NCBI GenBank assembly: GCA_963737065.1
Contig: CAVTRC010000001.1
Location: 2,112,001 to 2,176,000 of the forward strand
From: Candidatus Eremiobacteria bacterium
Lineage (GTDB): Bacteria; Vulcanimicrobiota; Vulcanimicrobiia; Vulcanimicrobiales; Vulcanimicrobiaceae
Direction of reading: 5' to 3'
DNA: 64,000 bases
How positions within the stretch are numbered: position 1 is the stretch's first letter; each line of letters opens with the position of its first letter. A program made the translations under genes and the position numbers. This document shows positions 58,050-64,000 of the stretch, piece after piece. The notes beneath the pieces were generated by a model. The model was not told where the DNA came from, searched no databases, and saw only the letters and a program-made list of their open reading frames with translations.

Positions 58050-60032
58050 CTATGGACTCTCAACGTACGTATACTCGTGTTGTCCGTCGCGCGTGATGAG
58101 CGTGCGTTTGCCGTCCTTCATCGACGGTGTGAAGTCGAGCCCGATAATCCCCGGGCCGACGGTCATAAACGAGATGCTGCCGTCGGGATTTTTGCGCGTT
58201 GCGACGGGAGTGCCCCACATGCCGAATTGGAAGACGACGTTCGAGCCGTTCTTCTCGATCGTGAGATGCCCGAGCGAGGGATTGCTATAAGACGATGCCA
58301 GTTTATCAACGACCGTCTGCGATGGCGGCACGGTGAGGAGCTTGCGCAACGCCTGCGCGTCGGTTTCGTGATTTTTTGCGGCCGTTGCGAGATCCGTCGC
58401 GGCTTCCGGTTTTCCGTCGTAGAGCACTTCGAGCAATCGGCGCATAAACGGTCCGCGAAGGTAAACACCGCTGTCGGAGTTCGTCAAGATGACCGCGCCG
58501 ACGTCCGCGGCGGGAATCGCCATCCAATCGCTGTGATAACCGAACAAATCACCGCCATGGTGAATGACGCTGATGCCGTAACGGCGATCGTCCATCAATC
58601 CCATGCCGTACCATTGATCCTGCCCGACGGCGACGGTGTGCACGCGGCGTTGCAGCAAGTTCGTTTTCGACACCAGCCGTTTTCCGTCGGGTAAGACGCC
58701 TTCGGTCAGCTCGTCTTCGGCGTATTGAATCATATCGTGAGGAGTCGACCACGCCTCCCCCGCCGGTCGAAATGGAATCGAGATATCGTTCATCTTCTGG
58801 TCCAGCACGTGCGTGTCGCCGTCGATGTCTTGCCCGTGCGGACTCGCGTGGTCGGATGCCATCGCTTTCTTCATGTCAAACGTCGTTCGCGTCATTCCGA
58901 GCGGATCGAACACGAGCTGCTGCATCGCCTTGTCATACGCCGCGCCCATCGGCAGATTCGGGTACTCGATGTGCCCCGCAATGTAGCCGGCGGCGGACGC
59001 CATCGTATTGCTGTACTGGAAGAGTTCGCCGTACTTGCTCGTCGGCTCCGTATCTGCAAGCAACGTGAACGTATCTTCGGGGCCGGTACTTGCCGTCGTG
59101 CCGAGAATCCAGTCGTAATCTTTTCGCGGAACGCCCGTACACGCGCAGACCAAATCTTCGATGCGTACTTTTGCCGTCGTCGCGGGACTGCCGAGACGGA
59201 ACGAGGGATAGGCTTGTGTGACCGGTTCGTTCCACTGCAGTTTTCCTTGGTCTACAACGCGCGCCAGCATCAGCGTCGTGATGCCCTTGGTGTTCGATGC
59301 GATCATAAAGAGTGTGTTTTTGTCGACCGGTTCCGGACTGCCTAACGTGCGCACGCCAAGACCGCCTTCGAACACGATCTTGCCGTGATCGATCAGCGCG
59401 AGACCGACGCCGGGAACATGCAATTCCGCCATGCCGGTTTTCACGAACGTCAGCAGTTCGTTCACACGCTGGGGCGTCAGACGATGTGCGGTGCGTCCCG
59501 CAAACGTTTCTCGAACGTATCCCTCCGGTTGCATGCTCGCAACGAGCGTGCCAATAGCAGCATCGCGCTTCTCAAATGTCGACTCTGAGCCGTCGAGCAG
59601 AATGACCGTCCACTTCGCATCCTTGCGGTACGCATCAGCGACCAGTACGCGGTGTTCATCCGGGCCAGTAACATATGCGATTTCGGCGCGTTCATCCCAT
59701 CCGTTGATTGCCGGTTGCGGCTCGGAGACTTGAATCTTTCTATCGAATGATGGATCGAGTTGCTTCCATGCTCGCTCGATCGCATCTTTCGCGTCGCTCG
59801 CGGCGCCGACGTCGACGATGACCAAACGCACGTTGTTCTCGGGCGGCGTCAAAGTCGTCATCTTACCGGCCCGTTGTTCGCCCCAATCTTTTGGAGCGGT
59901 AAACGTCGCGCCAGAGATCGTTTGCTTCGTGTCGGCTGTCAAGACCGACGCCGCGGGTGACGCGCTTTGCGCAATCACGTGAAGCGGCGCGATCAGCGAA
60001 ACGATGGCGAGCATTAAAAGAACGCGCTTCAT
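58050..60032 (-). CDS. Secreted serine hydrolase (beta-lactamase class C family)
   Basis: Signal peptide, F.IASNTK, FQYSN, LGMTRT and HGG. Confidence 0.9.
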   Translation of the reverse strand: MKRVLLMLAIVSLIAPLHVIAQSASPAASVLTADTKQTISGATFTAPKDWGEQRAGKMTTLTPPENNVRLVIVDVGAASDAKDAIERAWKQLDPSFDRKIQVSEPQPAINGWDERAEIAYVTGPDEHRVLVADAYRKDAKWTVILLDGSESTFEKRDAAIGTLVASMQPEGYVRETFAGRTAHRLTPQRVNELLTFVKTGMAELHVPGVGLALIDHGKIVFEGGLGVRTLGSPEPVDKNTLFMIASNTKGITTLMLARVVDQGKLQWNEPVTQAYPSFRLGSPATTAKVRIEDLVCACTGVPRKDYDWILGTTASTGPEDTFTLLADTEPTSKYGELFQYSNTMASAAGYIAGHIEYPNLPMGAAYDKAMQQLVFDPLGMTRTTFDMKKAMASDHASPHGQDIDGDTHVLDQKMNDISIPFRPAGEAWSTPHDMIQYAEDELTEGVLPDGKRLVSKTNLLQRRVHTVAVGQDQWYGMGLMDDRRYGISVIHHGGDLFGYHSDWMAIPAADVGAVILTNSDSGVYLRGPFMRRLLEVLYDGKPEAATDLATAAKNHETDAQALRKLLTVPPSQTVVDKLASSYSNPSLGHLTIEKNGSNVVFQFGMWGTPVATRKNPDGSISFMTVGPGIIGLDFTPSMKDGKRTLITRDGQHEYTYVESP

Positions 60033-60081
60033 ACTGGCCCTCCTCTTTGACTACGATAATACATCGGCTGCATCCCGGTTG

Positions 60082-61335
60082 TCATCGGGCGTTGACGTCG
60101 TTTCGTAAGACATCGTCGATAGACTCCCGCTCCGCCCACAACGTTGCTTCGCGGTTTTCGATCGCAACCACCGGCGGCCGCGGGAATCGATTGTAGTTGC
60201 TTGCCATCGAATACGTGTATGCGCCGGTCGTGCAAAAGCAGACAAGGTCGCCGGCGCGAAGATCGGTCGGAAGCGGCGCATCCGCAAGTTCGTCGTTTTC
60301 GCACGATCGACCGCACACGGTGACCGGATGATACGGCGCGCCGCTCTCGCGCGCGGCGACGACATGGTAATTGGCGCCATACAACGCAGGGCGCGGATTG
60401 TCCGCCATGCTGCCGTCGACGATCGCGAATGTGCGTTTCCCATAGCGTTTGATCGCCATGACGCGGTAGAGCGACGTTCCGGCCGCGGCAACAACCGCGC
60501 GGCCGGGCTCAATTTCCGCTGTGATATCGCGCGGGACAACCGCTGCAACAGCGGAAAGCAGCGCCGGAATATCGATCGCCTCGTCCCGCAATTCGGGATG
60601 CATTTGTACGCCGAATCCGCCGCCGATCACCATCGTATCGATCGGGGCGGATCCTCGGTTACGACACCGCTTCAGCGTCTCGAGGAGTACGCCGGCATTC
60701 GCGACGTACGGTGCCGCATCGAAAATCTGCGAACCGATGTGCGCGTGTACGCCACGCAGACGCAGCTGTGCATTCGCATGAAGAATCGCGAGCGCTGCGT
60801 CTACATCACGCGGCGCAAGGCCGAACTTCGAATCGTCGCCGGCCGTTCGTACGAAAAGATGCGTGTGTGCTTCGATGCCGGTGTTAATGCGCAATAGCAC
60901 ATCGAGCAAACGCCCCTCCGAGAGTGCTGCGACGCGATGCAACTCGTCAACGGAATCCACCACGAGCCGCCCCACCCGCCCGGCGAACGCGGCGTTGATT
61001 TCGTCAACCGTTTTTCCGGCGCCGTGCAGCGTGATACGCGACGCTTCGATTCCCCCGCGCTCCGCCGTAACGAGTTCACCGAGCGATGCAACGTCGACTC
61101 CCACATCGTGGGATTGCAGACGCACTGCAAGCGCCGTCAATAGCAGCGCTTTGGCCGCGTAGGAGACGCGGATTCCATGCATTGATGCCGCGTCCAGTAG
61201 TGCCGAGAGCGACGCGTCGAAAACGGCGAGATCGAGCAGCAAAACCGGTGTGCCGTAGCGTTGCGCAAGAATATCGACGCGTACGCCGCCGACGGTCAGC
61301 ATACCGTCGGTGTCGCGCGCGTGCCCGGGAATCAC
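60082..61335 (-). CDS. lysA: Diaminopimelate decarboxylase
   Basis: YAAKA, SKFG, HIGSQ, GGGFG, EPGR, CENDE and GAY..SMASNYN. Confidence 0.95.
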   Translation of the reverse strand: MIPGHARDTDGMLTVGGVRVDILAQRYGTPVLLLDLAVFDASLSALLDAASMHGIRVSYAAKALLLTALAVRLQSHDVGVDVASLGELVTAERGGIEASRITLHGAGKTVDEINAAFAGRVGRLVVDSVDELHRVAALSEGRLLDVLLRINTGIEAHTHLFVRTAGDDSKFGLAPRDVDAALAILHANAQLRLRGVHAHIGSQIFDAAPYVANAGVLLETLKRCRNRGSAPIDTMVIGGGFGVQMHPELRDEAIDIPALLSAVAAVVPRDITAEIEPGRAVVAAAGTSLYRVMAIKRYGKRTFAIVDGSMADNPRPALYGANYHVVAARESGAPYHPVTVCGRSCENDELADAPLPTDLRAGDLVCFCTTGAYTYSMASNYNRFPRPPVVAIENREATLWAERESIDDVLRNDVNAR

Positions 61336-62393
61336 GGGAACTGCGCCATGAACCGATCGATCTGCTCCTGATCGACGCCCGCAGCAATGAGCCGCACGGC
61401 GACGTTTTCGGGATGCGTGGGCGGCGTGACGAACATGAATGGCGCATCATCGGCCGGCGCAGAAACCGTGCACCAGTCTGCCGCCGCAGGAACCAGCGCG
61501 GTCTGATAGCGGTCCAGCTTCACGGTATTGCCGCCGACCGACACTTCGAGCGGGTGTTCCAGCGTCATCACGATGACGGGCCGTCCGTCCGTCGGAATGG
61601 ATGCGGGACCGTTGCGGGCGACGATGCGCTCGACGGTAAAGCGCCGGTCGGCGATCAGCACCGTTCGTTCCATATCGTCGAGGCGATAGGTAATCGGTTC
61701 GATCGCACCGGTCGTGCCGCGGTGGTAATCGAGCACGTCCGCCGCTTTGTCGACGTGCAACGGCCGCGGTTTTCCGTCCGGACCTGTACGGTTCCAATCG
61801 AAGATGCGATAGGTCAGATCGCTCGCTTGTTGCGTCTCGAAGATGACGATGCCGCCGCCGATCGCATGTAGACTTCCGGCCGGAAGATAGAACGTTTCGC
61901 CCGCTTTCACCGGAACGTGCCGTAAGATGTCGCCGAGCGAACCGTCTTGCACGCGGCGAAGATATTCTTCGCGTGAGGTATCTTCGGTCCACCCGAGGAC
62001 GAGTTGCGCGTCGGATTCCGCGCGCAGCACGTACCAGCACTCGGTCTTTCCATTCTGTTGGTGCTCGACGCGTTCTGCATATGCATCATCGGGATGGACT
62101 TGCACGGAAAGCCAATCGCGCGCGTCGATGATCTTTGTGAGGATCGGAAACAGCCGATGCGTATCGAGGTTTCCCATCAGCTGCGAGCCGAGAATCTGAC
62201 GCAGGTCCGCAATTGTCTTTCCGGCGTACTCGCCGTTTGCGATGCGGTTCTCATCCCAGCACTCCCACGATTCACCGAGCTTTTCGCTCGGGTCGCCTGT
62301 TTTTCCGAACTGTTTGACGAGTGCATCGCCGCCCCAAATTGCGGGTGTCTCTTTCGGCTCGATAACGAGCGGATAGATCGATTGACCGTTCAC
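61332..62393 (-). CDS. manA: Type I phosphomannose isomerase
   Basis: IWGG, GESWE, LSVQVHPDD, GKTECWY and E.QQ.SDLTYR. Confidence 0.93.
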   Translation of the reverse strand: MNGQSIYPLVIEPKETPAIWGGDALVKQFGKTGDPSEKLGESWECWDENRIANGEYAGKTIADLRQILGSQLMGNLDTHRLFPILTKIIDARDWLSVQVHPDDAYAERVEHQQNGKTECWYVLRAESDAQLVLGWTEDTSREEYLRRVQDGSLGDILRHVPVKAGETFYLPAGSLHAIGGGIVIFETQQASDLTYRIFDWNRTGPDGKPRPLHVDKAADVLDYHRGTTGAIEPITYRLDDMERTVLIADRRFTVERIVARNGPASIPTDGRPVIVMTLEHPLEVSVGGNTVKLDRYQTALVPAAADWCTVSAPADDAPFMFVTPPTHPENVAVRLIAAGVDQEQIDRFMAQFP

Positions 62394-62567
62394 AGTACGG
62401 TACTGTTGCAGTCGCGCTCGAGGCAGTCCTCGCGCCCAAATCGGCCGCGAGGCACCGCGTGCTCCATTGTAAAGTTAGAGTAATCCCAAGAGCGTGCCGT
62501 AAGGCGACGTACTGCGCGAAACGATTGAAAGCGTACGGGCCTCTTCAGCGCTCGGGTAGGATGAATT

Positions 62568-63695
62568 TTGAGTCGACGACGGCCGGAATCGGCAGCTGGC
62601 ATTATCACCCTGGTAACCGGCGTGATGTGCTTCCTGTGTGTCTGTGCCGGGACCTGGCAGTTTGAGCTCTTGCGTTCCGCGCTGACGCACCAAGCGGCGT
62701 TGGCTGACGCGGCGTACGCCGAGCGGGATCGCCTGCTGCAACTCGTTAACGAAGAAACCGGCGTTCGGGGATACGTCGCAACGCGCGAGCCGGTTTTTCT
62801 TGACATCTACGAGCGGTCATTGCCCATTGCGTCGCGTGACAGCACACTAATGGAACGCAGCGCCGCAACGCTACCGTTTCTGCGTCCTTTGATTTCCCGC
62901 TCGGTTCGTCATCAGCAGCGCGTTCAAGGTTATCTGCGCAGTGAGGTTGCTCTCGTAACGATCGACAAAGTCGCCGCGGCACGCGCGAACTTGCGACAAG
63001 GGAAAACCTTATTCGACCGCCTGCGCGCAACCGATACCGTCGTGCAGCGTACGGCCTATGCCGCGGTCCTCGCCCAGCGGCAACAGACGCGCCTCGCAGC
63101 AGACGTCGGCTTTTGGGGTGGCATAGCGCTTCTCTTTGCGCTGATCCTCTTGCTTGTCGGGTTTGGCTTCGTTCTGCGTCGTTCGCGAACGTATCGAATG
63201 TCATCGCTACGTGACGGCCTTACCGGCGCGCTCAATCGGTCGGGAGCGTTTGCGCGAATCGACGAAGAGATTGCGCGCATGCAGCCCTTCGCCCTCGTCT
63301 TCATCGATCTCGATGATTTCAAGCCGGTCAATGACAGCTACGGACACGCTGCCGGCGATGCCGTCTTGCAGAACGTCGTGAGCCGCTTGGAGCATTCGAT
63401 TCGGGAGGAAGACGCAATCTGCCGCCTCGGAGGCGACGAGTTTTTGTGTATTCTTACTGGACCGATTCACGCCGCCGAAGTTGGACAGATCGTACAACGG
63501 TTAGAGCAGGTCATCCATTCGCCGCACGAGGTTGCCGGCAACGCGATCCGTGTTCGCTGCAGCGGCGGAGTCAGTTTGTATCCTCACGATGGCGCCACGG
63601 CTGAACAGCTCATGTCTCGCGCGGACCAGGCAATGTATCAAGCGAAAGTCGCGGGTGGTGGTATTAGCGAATTCACGGAAGCATGCGCGCGATGA
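62568..63695 (+). CDS. CHASE3-GGDEF diguanylate cyclase
   Basis: 2 TM flanking NEETGVRGY; DLDDFK.VND.YGH..GD, RxxD I-site and GGDEF. Confidence 0.92.
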   Translation: MSRRRPESAAGIITLVTGVMCFLCVCAGTWQFELLRSALTHQAALADAAYAERDRLLQLVNEETGVRGYVATREPVFLDIYERSLPIASRDSTLMERSAATLPFLRPLISRSVRHQQRVQGYLRSEVALVTIDKVAAARANLRQGKTLFDRLRATDTVVQRTAYAAVLAQRQQTRLAADVGFWGGIALLFALILLLVGFGFVLRRSRTYRMSSLRDGLTGALNRSGAFARIDEEIARMQPFALVFIDLDDFKPVNDSYGHAAGDAVLQNVVSRLEHSIREEDAICRLGGDEFLCILTGPIHAAEVGQIVQRLEQVIHSPHEVAGNAIRVRCSGGVSLYPHDGATAEQLMSRADQAMYQAKVAGGGISEFTEACAR

Positions 63696-63828
63696 GGCGT
63701 GCGCGCGGCGAACGTTGCGCCTCAACGCTCGCCCGGTGCTCGACTGCTTTAGATGCCGCAGATGCAATGCGGTGCGACGGGGCGAACCATCATCCTAAGC
63801 TATCGGCTTGCTTCAAGACACCCCAGGA

Positions 63829-64000
63829 ATGCATCGAGCGTACATCGGAATCGGATCGAACCTCGGCGACCGCCAAGCGAACATCTTGGCGGCATTGCAG
63901 CGTATTCGCACCCGCGCGCAGATCGATCGCGTGTCGTCGTTTTATGAATCGTGCGCCGCGCACGGCGCAGCGGGCCCCGCATTTCTGAATCTCGCCGCGG
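63829..64000 (+). CDS. folK: HPPK (folate biosynthesis pyrophosphokinase), partial
   Basis: Not in the ORF track. MHRAYIGIGSNLGDR...VSSFYES...FLN runs off the right edge. Confidence 0.88.
   Translation, partial: MHRAYIGIGSNLGDRQANILAALQRIRTRAQIDRVSSFYESCAAHGAAGPAFLNLAA

Overview
GC-rich bacterial chromosomal window. Terrabacteria-like gene order (apt-rel; rpsF-ssb and rpsR-rplI-lonC-dnaB; Gram-positive-type LexA box) occurs alongside diderm traits (RND pump, TonB-C domain). This is compatible with Eremiobacterota/Vulcanimicrobiota, but that assignment is inference only. The normally contiguous rpsF-ssb-rpsR-rplI-dnaB cluster is split by about 36.5 kb of accessory DNA. That interval opens with a decayed island (repeat-bounded, truncated type I hsdM). 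It continues with secreted hydrolases, a STAND-LuxR regulator, a BlaI/BlaR-TonB pair, a BNR-propeller/ThiS pair, GlnA, HicB/HicA and a tetrathionate-hydrolase-like propeller. Several intergenic regions in the rpsR-dnaB block form large, unannotated RNA-like structures. The right part carries tRNA-Thr(CGT), msrA/msrB, a radical SAM-SPASM enzyme, lysA, manA, a CHASE3-GGDEF cyclase and the start of folK. Many single-base frameshifts, including one in essential dnaB, point to long-read indel errors, so pseudogene calls are uncertain. No CRISPR array, integrase or transposase was seen. All homology calls are by motif recognition, not database search.
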